In this document: piece by piece, positions 40,501 through 53,090 of the stretch | How positions within the stretch are numbered: the stretch's first letter is position 1 | Layout of the letters: every line of letters starts with the position of its first letter | Assembly (NCBI GenBank): GCA_028534125.1 | Contig: CM052822.1 | Location: 77,934,001 to 77,998,000, forward strand | Reading direction: 5' to 3' | Origin: Lama glama | Lineage: Eukaryota | Length of the DNA stretch: 64,000 nucleotides | Made by a program: the position numbers and the translations under genes | Notes under the pieces: model-generated | Told to the model about the DNA's origin: nothing | The model's input: the letters and a program-made list of their open reading frames with translations, nothing else | Database searches by the model: none

Positions 40501-43500
40501 ACCACTGGCTTTGACAAAAGCTGTCGCCCCAGTCAGCTCCCCTCCCGTGGGTGTGTGCCACGCACCGCTGTGTCCCTTCTGAGGATGGGGCGTCCTTTTG
40601 TGAATCTGTCAGCACCTGGTGGAATCCTGGGTTTAGTACAGTGGGTTCAGAATGAGTGCTGGAACAAGCGCACGTCGAGGGCTTCCTTCCAGAAGGTCCC
40701 CAGCAGAGATGCTCGGGTAAGGTTCTTAGTCACCACCTTTCTCTCTTTTCTTCAAACCCTTTCCCTGGTACTTGAGGCGCAGCCGGGCGTCATGGAGACT
40801 TTGTGGGGTCCAGACCCAGGACCTCTGGAGCTCGGGACGTTGTCTGGGGGCCTCCAGGGCTGACCACATGGGGCAGTCGGCATCCCGGCTGGGTGTCCCC
40901 AGACGGGGCTTTTCTGGGAGGCCAAGCCCGAGACCTGGCCATCACCTGCTGCCCCTCCCTCTGCCCCTGGGTGACCCCTGATGCAGAGAACGTGGGCCGG
41001 CTGAGAGGGGGGCTTGGCAGAGGCGGGGCGTGAAGCGGGTGGTGCTCAGGGCCTGTGTGGGAGAGAGGGGCTTGAGCTGGCTCTGCCCTGGGCAGTGGCG
41101 GGGAGGCACAGCTGCCCTGATGCTCAGGGAGGGGCTCCACACCCAGGAGAGAGCGGCCCGTCATGCCAGGCCGCTGTAGTCCTGCAGTTCCGTGCTCTCT
41201 GGTCAGTGGTCCGACCACCTCTGGACGCGGAGTGTGTCCCAGGGTCCCAGAGTGCCTGACCTTTGGGGAGACGACTGGGACCCTAAGCCTGGGTGGTGAC
41301 TGTTTCCCATGCTCGAGTGCTTGTTCTCTGACAGCCAAGCTCAACACTTGAGTGACTATTTCATCTTCTGAACAGCAGACACAGGGTGTGCAGGCAGCCC
41401 TGAGATCAGGGGCAGGGCCCGGGGCGGGGCGGCTCCGGAAGGAGGAAGCTGGCAGCTGAGCCAGGCGATGGGCCGGTGTGCCTGGGGTGACAGCACGGCC
41501 GGGGGGACCTCCCCGCCCGCACTCTGGCTCCCGGAGACCATCCCGGAGAAGCGCAGGCGAGCGGCGGGACAGACCAGCCTCGCGCTCCGCCATGGGAGGT
41601 GAGTCTCGGCGGAGCCACGGCTGCACATGGGGGATGTGGAGGCGGGTCTCCCTGAACAGCTGACGGGCACCCGTGGGTTTGGGGTGACCTGAGGTGCGGA
41701 CCTCGCTGCAGGTGAGGTGAGTGAAGCCGCTGAAAATGGCCCTCAGGCCCCTGCCTCCTCCAAGTCTAGGGCCATTGTGGTCACCCCCCTTCTCAGATCA
41801 AACGTGCCAGCGTGTCCTGTGCCCCAAAGGTGTCACCCTGAAATCATCTGAACCACCAGGGAGTGGACCACTGCTCGGCCTCAGGCCCCCGGGAGTCTCC
41901 ACAGCCCCTCCCCGTACAGGGTCCAGGTCCTCTTCCATCCAAGGTGGGGAGAAGCTGAGCGTGGGCTGGGGTCATGCTGAGACGCCAGCGCCTCCCTGCT
42001 TTCTGCTTCAAGTGCAGGTTTGATGTCAGGTCTCCACGGCAGTGACCTCCTGGACCCAGCTCCATGGGTCCCACTCCCTTGAAAGGGCTCCATGTATCTG
42101 GGAATCAGACGGGGCCCACGTGTGGGTGTTAGACTTTGCAGCCCTGAGTGCCCCTGCCCCAGGAGCCGCCCTACACACCGCCCTCCTGCAGGCAAACAGG
42201 CGTGTTCATTCCAAAGCCTGTGGCCCCTTCCTCAGCAGTCACACTGGGGGCGAGGCTGGGCCCACGGAGCACACGCCCAGGTGGAGGGCTTGCTTGAGGC
42301 TGGAGTGACAGCCGGGCCCGGGGCCTGTTTCTTCAGCCTGGCCTTTGACTTTGAGGACCCGCAGTGGGGGCGGCCAGTGGTCCTCAGGAGGGCTACTGAG
42401 GACAGGGCATCTGACGTGGTGGCTGCCAAGGCCCTGGGCATGGAGCGCCAGGCCTCCCTCCCAGCCTTAGGGCCTCCGTGGGTCCACAGATAACGCGTCT
42501 CCCTTCTATTTGAGGGTTGGGGTTGTGACTGGTCTGTGGCCTGGAGGCCAGCTCTCCGCCAGCCCCAGAATGCTGTTCCCTGATGGGGGCACTTGGGTTG
42601 TATAAGGCGTGGCCCGTCCCGGAGCAGAAACTGAGTCTGCATCGCAGGCCCCACCCAGGTTATGGGCTCCCCGGGGTCTCAGGCGCGAACTGCTCTGTGG
42701 TGTGGGTGGTGGGACTCGGACAGCGCACCCGGCGGAGGGGGGACGCCGGGGCCCGAGCAGGTGTGGTGTGCAGGTGGGCCGTGCGTGCGGGTGTGTGGTG
42801 AGGTGGAGGGGCGGCCCCGCACCTCTTCCCCGCGCCCAGCCTGGCACTCGGGGCCGACGTGTGCAGCACAGGCAGCTGTGAGTGTAGGAGCCCCGTGAGT
42901 GCAGGTCTCTCGTAACAAACGCCTCATTTCAGGAGCACCTCCCCGACCAGGTCTGCCTAGTGGTCGGGGGAGGCAGGAGTGGAGGGGCCCCTGCACAGGG
43001 GGCAGAGGAAGAGCTCACGCAGGCGTCCAGCCTCGGTTCACACTCCACGAGGAGGTGACCCTTCCGGCTCATTTGCTTGGGCTCAGGCTTCGAGGCTCTG
43101 GCTGCCGTGGTGTTTGGGACCCCCCGCCCCCTGCACACATGGAGCCGAGTGTCCAGGGGCCCAGGAAGGGTGCCGCTGCGCCCACCCAGCAGACGGGTGG
43201 GCTTGCCATCTCGTTACTGGACTTCCAGCAGCGCCTTTCTCACGTTCCGCCACGTGACTGGCCATCAAAACGTCTCAAGAGAAAGGCGCTGACCCTCTCG
43301 GTGAACGTTACCGCTGTGTTGGAGTCCATCCCCAGCATCCCGCCTAACCTGCAGAACTCCTGGTTTCAAAAGCCCAGCAGAAGCACGGGCCTGCGAGCGG
43401 TGAGGTGGTCCTTGGCGGTGTTTCTGGTGTGGCAGGCGCCTGGTGCGGGCGGGCCGCAGGGCCCACGGCCGCTGCCCCCACCCCAGGCTCGTTTCAGCAC

Positions 43501-43853
43501 CGCGTGCGGGTCCCGGAGCCAAAGCTGCCTACGGGGGAGGCCAACAGTCCGGAGCCCTTCCTGCCGGGGGCTCCTGGGCTGACTCTGACGATGCGACTGT
43601 GGCGGTTGGTCCAGCCTGACCGTGGTTCCGAGAGGACACCCTCTCTCTCTCAGACCCACTAACGTGTGCTGAGGGTTGGTGGGGAGCGGCTGCTCCCCGG
43701 AAGGCGAGTCCAGGCCCCAGCAGAGCGGTGGGGGGAGTGAGGCGATGCCCTCCTTTGCTGCTGCGGGGCCATGGTGGCGGTGGGGGTGGTGGCCCCATCT
43801 GTGTCCAGGTCGGGTAGGAGAACCTGACGTGCGTCTCTGTCCTGTGCTTTCAG

Positions 43854-44069
43854 GTGTGGCCGACGAGGACGCCTTCGAGGAGGAGTGTCGGCGACGAGGC
43901 CAGAGCGCGCTGCCCTTCCAGCCCGCCAGCACCAGCGCTCGCTCACTGAGGTCATACCGGCCCGCCTCTCTGCCCAAACACGCATCCCACTACGTTGGTG
44001 ATGACGAGGACGAGCCAGGCCGCCCCTGGGCCACCGGCAGCTGGGAGCCCCCCTCTGTGTTCTCGGCAG
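43854..44069 (+). CDS. DNAJB6: DNAJB6 exon 9 (long isoform a)
   Basis: gctttcag|GTGTGGCC...TCGGCAG|gtgtgc; 216 nt, phase 1/1; GVADEDAFEEECRRRGQSALPFQPA...WEPPSVFSA resembles recalled human [25 protein letters not shown]. Confidence 0.92.
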
Positions 44070-44239
44070 GTGTGCACCGGGAGCCGCCCATCCCCGCCAC
44101 CTCGGCCCCCACCACCTCGGCCCCAGCTCCGGCCCCAGCTCCGGCCCCGGCCCCAGCCCCAGCCCCGGCCCCAACCCCAACCCCAGCCCCGGCCCCGAGA
44201 GGACAGAAGTCGCTCCTGTGCTGCTGCGTCCTGACCTGA
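44070..44239 (+). CDS. DNAJB6: Candidate alternative C-terminus by exon 9 read-through: Ala-Pro linker plus CCCVLT CaaX
   Basis: Open in frame from exon 9 to TGA at 44237-44239; ATTAAA at 44282-44287; no transcript evidence available. Confidence 0.55.
44096..44197 (+). repeat. Degenerate (GCCCCR)n hexamer tandem repeat
   Basis: About 13 GCYCCR/ACCCCA units preceded by two acctcggcccc units. Confidence 0.9.
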
Positions 44240-47200
44240 GGGCTGCGGCAGGGGGAGGCGCCTCCCCTCCCCAGACCCCCCATTAAAGCGGGTGCAGTCT
44301 CTCTTGGTGGGTGGAAGATGGCAGGTGCTGTGTTCACATGCGACGCTCCTTTCTGTAACTTTCGGCTCACTACTGGGGATCTTTTCTTGTAGACTGGGGG
44401 CCCCACCACCGCCTTTGTGGCTGCTCCCCGCCTTTGTGTTGAGTTGAAAGCTCGGCCTCACACCCGCCGAGGGGGCCTGCCGTCCACTGGACGGGTGCTG
44501 ACCACGCTTTCACCAGGGGAGGCCCCCCGCTGGGTGCCCTGGGCGCTCACCGCTCCCCCGGTGCCCTGGGCGCTCGCTGCCCTGGGTCTCCGGGGCCCCA
44601 GCTCTGCCCCCTTCCTGCGTCTTGGCGCACAGTTTCTTAGAGAGCCCAGGTGGGTCTTCTAAGCGAATTCCCCATAGGAGTTTCTGGATTATCTCTGCCG
44701 GCGTGGTGGTGTGGCTGTGCACGTAGGCTTGACCCTGGCTGAGTTGAAAGGCCGCAGTGATTTAGTGTGAATTATCCGTCAGTTTGAAGCGTCTGTGTCC
44801 TGGTTCTCAGCGCTGGGAGTGGCCAGGGTGACCACGGCAGGTTGTGAGGTGTGCGTCCGTCCTTGGTCCCGCGTCAGGCCGGCGTCTCGGTGCGTGCTGG
44901 AGGCCGGTTCTGTGGGCCTGGGATGGGCGGTGCCTCTGGGCAAGGACCTCCCGGGATGAAGCCTGTCCCTCCTCCAGAACTTCCTGTGGGAGCTCCGTTG
45001 CACGAAGCCCCTTCCAGCCCTTCTCAGGTGCAGCAGAGGTGTGTGTCGGGCTCTGAGCAGGACCAAAGGAAGTGTGCCCTGCGTCCCCCTGAAGGCGCAC
45101 ATCCTGGGCTTCCAGCCGGGGCGCGGAGCCCCGCGGAAGGGTGCAGACCTGGCCACCGGCTGCCGGGGAGCCAGCCGGCAAAGGCAGATGGGCAGAAACG
45201 GCCTTTTCCTGTGTGATTAAATGAAGAGTAGAGGTGATTGGAAGGGCTGTGTGAGTTCAGCGGAAACTTGTTCTGCCTTGAATAGGTGTGCGGACGCTCC
45301 CCCGGCTTTGTGGTCAGCTCCCGGGGCTGGCCGCTCTGGGGGTGGCCTTGGTGAGGGCAGGGCTGTGCCTCAGTCTCCCCAAACAGGTGACCTTCCAGCA
45401 GTGACGTAACGGCTGCGTCCCTCCGGTTGGAAGGACGCTAGGTGGGAAGTCCCAGTCGCAGGAGCAGGGTCCGCCGGCCCCTGGAGCAGGACGAGGGAGT
45501 GGGGCTCGGGCTGGGCTGCCAGCTGAAGGCCCTGTTGCCATGGGTCCCGGGGTGGCGGCGCTGCCGGGGGACCCCGGGAGCAGGGGTTTGCAGGAAGAGC
45601 AGAAGGTGCTGCCGCTTTCTGAAATCGCGGGGTTTTGTCAGTTTTACCCCCAGGGCCCTACCAGGTTTTGTTTCTGAGTGGGGAGGCCCAGCTGACTTAG
45701 GAGCCGCTCGAATCCTCACACGGGCGAGGGACGGACTTGGCTCCTGCTGAACCCCTGCCTGTGGCGGGTGGTGGCGGAGCGCAGCCGGCGGGCTCTGAGG
45801 GCTGCCGAGTCAACCTCGTTTCTTGTTTCCTTTGAAATCAAGTCATGAGGCCTTCAAAGGAGTGTCTGGGTGAAGTCACCAAAGAGTTAAAGACGTGGGT
45901 TTTGCCTAAACATGGCGCATTGTGAGAAAGCACCGCCTGGTTCTGCTGGACGGTGGGCCGCGTGCCTGGCTCCCGCAGCCTGACAGCCTCTGCTCCGGGT
46001 GGTGGAGCCGTGGCCGCTGCACGGCGGTCCTGTCGGTTTGCAGGAAGGAAGCTGCGGTTTTGCTTGCTTGCTTCTCTTCCCAGAAGCACCTGTGATTTCT
46101 TTGGGCTGGAATCTCGGCTGCGTTTGTCTGGGAGGTTAGCGACGTGGCCCGGCCGCCCTGGTGGTGGCGCAGCAGCAGGTCTGTCCGGGTTTGCACTGAC
46201 TCCCCCTGAGATTTGTGTGACGCGTGTGGCCGGGGGCCCGCCATGTCCCCAGACACTCCGTTCCCCCCCGACTTGAGGCCTCGGGTACCAGTGCAGGTCG
46301 TGCGCAGGGCTCACGCGCGTCACCCTGGGGTAGTTTCCACCACACGCTGACCTTCCAGAAGGTGGAGGTTTCCTGCTGACAGCCGGCTCTCAGGATAAGC
46401 GGCACTGCTCTTCGTAGCTCAGATCCGAGGACTGTCCTTGGTGACGGGAGGCACTGCCACCTGGAGGCTGCTCCCTGGACCGCAGCGGTCCCTGAAGCGG
46501 GGAGGGGCAGAGGAGAGGTGGTTTCCACACTGGTGCCTGCCTTCGGGTCTGTAGCCGGGCCGGTCGGTGTCCCCCGGGCGCCCCAGACGCACAGGACTGG
46601 CACCTGCCCGGTGGGACGTACCCTGGAATCCTGTCATTTATGCTGAATTCCTTTAGTTTGTCCGCGGTTATTTTTCTGTGTCTTAAAATTGAAGGTGTCT
46701 TGTTGCAGATGTGGCGTTTAAATAAGAAATTTGAGTGAGGAATTGACTCCCACCGCCTTGTGCTGTGACAGCAGGCGGTCTCCCCGGAGGCGCCGTGGCT
46801 GGGAGGACGGCTGAGCCCCAGCTCTGCCCTCTGCGTCCCCAGAGCTTCCAGGTCCCTTCTGGGTCAGGTGGTAGGATTTCATGACCAGAGACAGGTGTGG
46901 GGCCCAGGTGGGAGGAGGGAGCACGTCACCGGGCCTGCCAGTGCCTCCGTGGGGCCTGGCCTGGCCCAGGGGCAGCCCAGTCGCAGGGACAGGGACCTCG
47001 GGAGTCTGTGGATGCTGGTACGTTGGCAGGTGCTGCCCTCCTTCTTGTTGGCTTGTTGTGCATGTAGCTGAGCCCGGTGGGGGAAGAGAGGCCATCGTCC
47101 TCTCCCTCTCGTGAGCCAGACCCTTTGTCGGGGCCACTTCCCTAAGCCCATGGCCTTGACGGCTCCTGATGGGCGGATGGCCTCCGAGCTGCGAGGGAGG

Positions 47201-48029
47201 TGGGCAGGACACGCAGGCCTCACGGAGCCCTCGGGACACGTCAGCCGGGGCCGCGGCAAGCACGTGTGTGTGAGGTTTGAGTCGGTGGGAAGGCTGGCGG
47301 GCGGGGGCACCTGCAGCCCTGCGGTATCCAAGGCACGTGCGTCTCCCTTGACCCCATGGGTCACAGGCGTCGCGGGCCGTTATGGATTGGCTGGAGGCGC
47401 CCACCTGACCGCCACCAGGCCCAGCCCGCCGGGGACTGCCGTTCTGTGAGGACCGGAGGCCCCGGCATGGATGCGTGAGGGTCCTGCCCTCCGTGTGTGT
47501 CTGCTCCAGAGGGGCGCCATCAAGTTTAAAATCCTGGCAGTGCCTTCAGGCAATCTTTCCAGCAGGCTTGGGGCCCGTGTGTGTTAAGTGCAGTGGTCCA
47601 GGCCGGGTCCAGGCAGGCCACCCCGTGGATCTTTTGTGACCCAAGGTCAGCATTGCGCTTCCCTGCGTCCCAGCCCTCGTGTGGATGGCTGGCTCCGGGA
47701 CAGAACCACTGGAGGGCGAGCGGGTCACGCTGGCTCCTTTGTCCGTGGGCTCCAGGCAGGCACATGACATGGGGGACGAAAGGCCTCAGCCACGTCGAGC
47801 CTGGAGCCCGCGGCCGGGCCGCGGGGGTGGCGGGCAGGGGCGGCTCTGCGGGGCTGTGGCGCTCTTTGGGTTGTGTTGAAGCTCTGCGTGAGTCCCCGTT
47901 TTCCCTGAGCTTGGGTGCGGACCAGGTGGAAGGGGGCGTGACCGGTGTGTCTTCTGACCTGGGGGGTGTTTGCCTCTCGGTGGGGAAGCAGCTGCTCCTG
48001 CCCAGTGTTTCACACGCCTGTTTCCTTAG

Positions 48030-48112
48030 GATTCAGAGAAGGTGGCAAGAGGAAGAAGCAGAAGCAGAAGGAGGAGTCGAAGAAGAAGAAGTCGACCAAA
48101 GGGCACCTCTAG
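48030..48112 (+). CDS. DNAJB6: DNAJB6 exon 10, terminal coding exon of isoform a (basic NLS)
   Basis: tttccttag|GATTCAGA...CTCTAG; 83 nt; GFREGGKRKKQKQKEESKKKKSTKGHL*. Confidence 0.95.
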
Positions 48113-49181
48113 ACGGGCCGCTCCGTGGCCGTGCGCGCGCGTTAGGTAGTGGCACCTGCTTCTCCACGTCCCGAGACCACACCTGCTCACGGCGCGGGGG
48201 ACGCGCTGGCCGACCCGTGGGGCTGGCAGAGGCGGGGAGGGGCCTACGGGTGGCGGTGGTGGGACGCGGAGCCACCCGGGCCGTCCCTGCCTCTCCTCCC
48301 CGGCTCTGCGCCGGGGGCGCCTCCCCGCTCCCCCGGCGCGCAGTGCCAAGACGCTTGTAGCTTTAGCTGTGTGCCCAGGACGGACGGCGTGTGCGTGTTC
48401 GTGGAGCGACCTCCTCTCCTGCTGGCCGCAGCGCTTGCCTCTAGACTCCAGTGCAGCGTAGGGAATGTAGAGGTGCCTCCTGAACATGGGCGGCCGTTCC
48501 TTGGTTTCAGGAGCCAGACCCTCACGGTGGCCCCTGGCCGGTCACGTCAGGCGTGTGGTCATCCTCGTGTTTGTGGTTTTAGTTTTAATCCTCTCCAGGG
48601 GTCCAGATGCAGCTGGAGTTATCCCACGTCTCTTGGACCCATAGCTGTTCTGGGCGTGTGCACGGGGTTCTACAGAGTTCGGTCTGGCCACACCACCCTG
48701 GCTCTCAGCTCCGGTCCTGCTGGAGGTTAGACAAACTCCCTGCACCTGGGTAGCTGTGCTCAGCCAGTGCCGGCTCCTCGGGGCCACTGCGCCCTGGACA
48801 GCTTCCCGCGGTTACTTCTCTGCGGGACGTGCCTCCTCCCCTCCCTCCCGCCAGGGCGACTGGACCCCGTGCTGCCCCCCTCCCCGCCCGCCTGCCACCT
48901 GCGGTCAGGCCCCCGGGGTCCCCCTCCCTTTGCTCTCAGACACTGGCAGCTTTTTTAAGTGGTGGCAGCTTTGACCCTGCAGTGTTGGAACTGGGCACCT
49001 GGGGCACGGCCCTCGCGGCAGCACCGCGGGCGTGGAAGCCAGGAACGAGCGTGCCCTGTGTTTGAAGGCCGGGTGGTGGCAGGAGGCGGTGCGGACTCGG
49101 GGGAAGAGTGGACAGGGTTTAATGCTTGGTGTGGAAAACGCAACCATGGAAGCATCGTGGGTTTTCAGTGCCCCCCACGTC

Positions 49182-49187
49182 AATAAA
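49182..49187 (+). terminator. PolyA signal AATAAA, isoform a
   Basis: First AATAAA seen after the exon 10 stop, about 1.07 kb downstream. Confidence 0.75.
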
Positions 49188-52100
49188 GTGCAAGCGCATT
49201 GACTCACGCTCCCTTGCCGTCATTTGCAGACGCCAGGAGGCTGCAGTTACTAGTGGGCAGAGGAACGGCTTCTTCTCCGTCGTTTCAGTGAGAGACACAG
49301 TGACGTTTTGGGGGCTAAAGGCTGGAGCTGAGGTGCGTTCCTGGAGGGTGGAGACGTCGTCGTTCTAAAGCTGCCCTTCCCACTGCGCGTTCGTTGTGGG
49401 AGACCAGCAGCCTGACGGTCACCAGCGGGAAGCACGGGGGATGAGAGGCGTCCCTCAGGCCCCGTCCCGGATGTGCTGGACTCGGGCCCGGCGAGACAAG
49501 GCCACGTCCGCGGCCACAAGGGGAAGGTCCCTCAGGACTTAGAGCCCCCTGTCAGTTGCTCACACCCTAGAACTTCCCTGTGTGGGACCAGGGAGGGAGG
49601 TGACCCCATGTGGGAAAATGTCACCATCCTCGAGGCTGGTCACCTGGGACAGGACAGTGTCAGGGATGCTGTTAGAGCCCCCAGGGTCGTCTGGGCCCCC
49701 ACGCCTTCACATGCCCCCGCGGTGGGGCAGCTCCTGAGTGAGTGGGAGAGGCCCCTGGTCACAGGTGAGGAGAGGGGCAGAGGTAGCGGTGGGCGGTCTG
49801 TCCACCGGCCCTGCCTCCTGCTGGAGAGTCTGCTCCATGGACCACGTGTTGGGGCCGGGGGGTGGGGGGCTGGCCTGAGCGGGCCCGCAGCCCTGCGCAG
49901 GCTCTCGGGGGGTCTGGGTGACGCAGAGAGGAGGGGGCCTTCTGCGTTGCCTTGTGATCTTCCCCGGGGTCCTTCCTGGGGGTGCTGGGCAAGCACCGAG
50001 GGGGTGGAGGACGGGGTGGGGGCGGCAGGATCAGGGCCCAGCCTCCAGCCGCAGCTCCTTCCCCCAGGAGGCCCTTCGGGGACGAGCCTGCTGGGCTGCA
50101 GGGAGCCGCCCCTCAGTCCCTCATCCCTCCCCTGAGGCTGGTTAGGGGCTTCAGAACTCACTGAAGCAAATACTTTGAAACGTCCTTCTAGAGATGCTTG
50201 TACTTTCACAGGAAATCCTGCCGCGTGCCAGGTGAGTGCCGCCCCAGCCCCCAGGGGTGGGTAGCACGAGAACCAGGAAAGTGACGTGGCACCATCCACA
50301 GGGACACTGCCGGACTGTTGCTGGAGCCTTAAAAAAGTGGGACCGTGGCAGTGGAAACCACACCTGACTGATTTGTTTATTTTTTACCTTTGAAAGTTGT
50401 TTGGCAGTGGGGAGACCGCGGACTCACCAGGCCTGGAACCCAGTTTGCGTCTCCGCCCTCGCTGGTGGTCCTGGTCTCCCTGACGGCTTCAGGGGCGGTT
50501 TCTGCCCGAAGCTGGAGCCGAGACCTCCAAGGGCGCCCACGGCCCCTTCCCCACTTCCTCACCATCTGGTCCTGCCGCCCAGAGACTGTCCTCTTGGGGG
50601 TCATTTGGCCTCAGGTTGATCAGGTTGATGTGTGGGCTCGGGGGTCGTCACCCACCTGGGACGGCCCCTCCTGGTGCTCCCTGGTCCTCACGGGCGCCCC
50701 GTGACTGCTCTGCATTCTCCCCTGGAATTCGGCGAAGGCGAATTTTTCCAGGTCCTCTCTGGATCCCTGAAGTACAGATTGTACAGAGAAAGCCTGATAG
50801 ATGGCGTCCGCCCTGGTTCCCGGTCCTCAGAACGACCAGTCTTCTCTCTGGCCGCCTCTGTGACACCAGGGTGACCAGTCACTTTCGTTACTCACCACCA
50901 ACCCCCAGGCTAGAAGCCCTTTCCTGTGTTCTGTCTGTTGCAGCCCCAGCCCGGGGCCCCCGGGGGCTCACGTCCTGTCGGTCCATGGGAGACAATGTTG
51001 GTGATCGTAATGAGCACACATTTCACCAAGGGTCATTCCAGGACTCGGGTGGTTCTGGGTGCTGAGCTGGGCCTGGTGCGCACATGTGACACAGACGGAG
51101 ACGTGGCATGGAGCCCTGGCCCGTGACAGCCTCCTCAGGAGGGCACGTGGGCCCCAGAAGTGACCGCCACGGCGGGGGTGTCTGTGCCATGACGGGGGGG
51201 TCCGTTTGTTATCAAACCTTGAAGTCCTTTGGGAAGAACCCGCGGGCGGTACTAGGAGGGTAAGAAGGCAGCACAGCCCCCCCGAGTCCCCGTGCCCCCC
51301 AGTCCCTGAGGAAGCCAGGCGCGAGGAACCGCAGGTCTGACCTCAAAGGACCAGCAGAGGCCAGGTGGCCCCAGGACTCCTCCCTCCCCCGGTGCCCCTG
51401 TGCCCCTCAGCCCCTTCCCCGCCCACTGGCCTAGTGGAGGAGGGGCCGCCAGGCGCGGATAGGGCCACCGTCACCCGCCCTCACCCAGCGCACACTCGGT
51501 GTGTCCAGTGTGAGCCAGGTGGGCTCGTGGGGGCACCACTGAGCGAGCGGCAGCCCTGGCCTCCAGACCAGACAGACGTGCCATCCACAGGCAAGGTGAC
51601 CCCCCTGTCCTGCCTCGTCAGGCCCTGGCCCAGGGCTCGACATTGGTGTGGAAGGAGGGCACCTGCTGGTGGGGGACGGAGGTGGGCAGGGGGTCCAGGC
51701 GAGAGGAACCCGTGGGAGGGGGCCAGGCCGCTTCCAGGGCAACCAGGGCTTGGTGCTCTGCCCGCAGGGCGGGCCTGGCCAGGACTCGGACAGCCTGAGG
51801 AGAGGCGGCTGAGCTGCCTTCCTGCCGCCCCCGTGCGGCTTGTACTCTGGTGGCCCTGGTGGATGGGCCGCGCTGGGTCTGCCCATCTGAGGACCACGTC
51901 CATCCTGGTCCGCCCCGTGAGCGCCCCTCCCAGTGTCGGAGAACCAGGGTGAATGGGCACCAGGGCAGGTCCCTGGAGCTCAGGCCTGAGTTTGGACATG
52001 GAGCAGCAGGAGCCAAGGGGGGTCTTCCAGATGCTCACACGCTCCCAGGAGATGGTCGCTCCTTCAGGACCAGTGACGTCTGTCTGGCAGCCTCGAGGGT

Positions 52101-52349
52101 CACCCGTGGCCTGACTGACCACTGACTCCAGGCAGGTCCCCCTTGGCTCTGGGTGTCCCTCTGCTTGGCCCTCATCCCCAGGACCCAGCCTCTGGCAGCA
52201 GCCGGCCAGCAGCCTGTGAGAGGCCTCCCACCCTCGTCCCCTGGGGGTGTCACCCAGGAGGGGGTCAGGAGGAGAACCCGGGATTCAGGGCCATCTGGAC
52301 GACCTCCGGGCGGAACAGGCGAGGGGAGAAGCAGCGCTGGGTGTAGGAC

Positions 52350-53090
52350 CACCCAGGCCGCAGGCGCCCCCCTGCTCCTTGCCACTGCTGCGTCCGGCCC
52401 CCCAAGACCCCGTGCCCTCCGCAGGGAGAGGGTCCCGCCCCGAGCCTGGGAGGAGCTCGCAGAGGCCGTCCAGCCGAGGGCCTGCGGTCTGGCCCGGCGT
52501 CCTGTAGGGGGAGCCCGCGGGGCGCGGCCACCGCCCCGGGCGCATCCCTGTCCCGCGGGCCCTGCTCGCGCAGGCGCGGAGAGTGCAGTTTCGGTGCCGT
52601 GATCCGGCAGCTTCCCAACTCTTAAAACCCCGCGCCGGTATTTTCTGAAAACTCCGCGTATCCGCGCAGCTTGGAGGGGGTTTTTCTTTGTCCAAGGCCC
52701 CGTCTGTGTGGGAAGTTGCTCTTTTGTGGCGCAATATTTTCCGTGGCCACAGGAGGGCGCCTCCACAAAGGAAAACAGGACTGTGGGCAGGAGCCCCGCC
52801 CCGCCCCCGCCCCGCCCCTCCCGCGCACGCGTGCACACACGCCCGCGAGTAAATCAGCCCCAGCTCCAAACGAGGCTGAAGCGAGTCGGAGGGGGGCGAA
52901 CAGAGCAGTCCCGCAGTTCCGTTGGCAGAATAAAGGAACTCCCCCGGGGGTCCGGGGTTTCCTTGCGCAGCGTTTGCCGTGGAGCCTCGCGTCAGAAACG
53001 GCCCGTCCGGAGTCACCGGAACACAGCCTTGAAGGTGAAGCCAGGCTCTGCCGGACGTTCTGGGTGTTCTCCCCGCACGCCCGCACCCAG
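52350..53090. promoter_or_regulatory. CpG island with clustered GC boxes
   Basis: Dense CpG; ccccgccccgcccccgccccgcccc at about 52794-52818. Confidence 0.6.
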
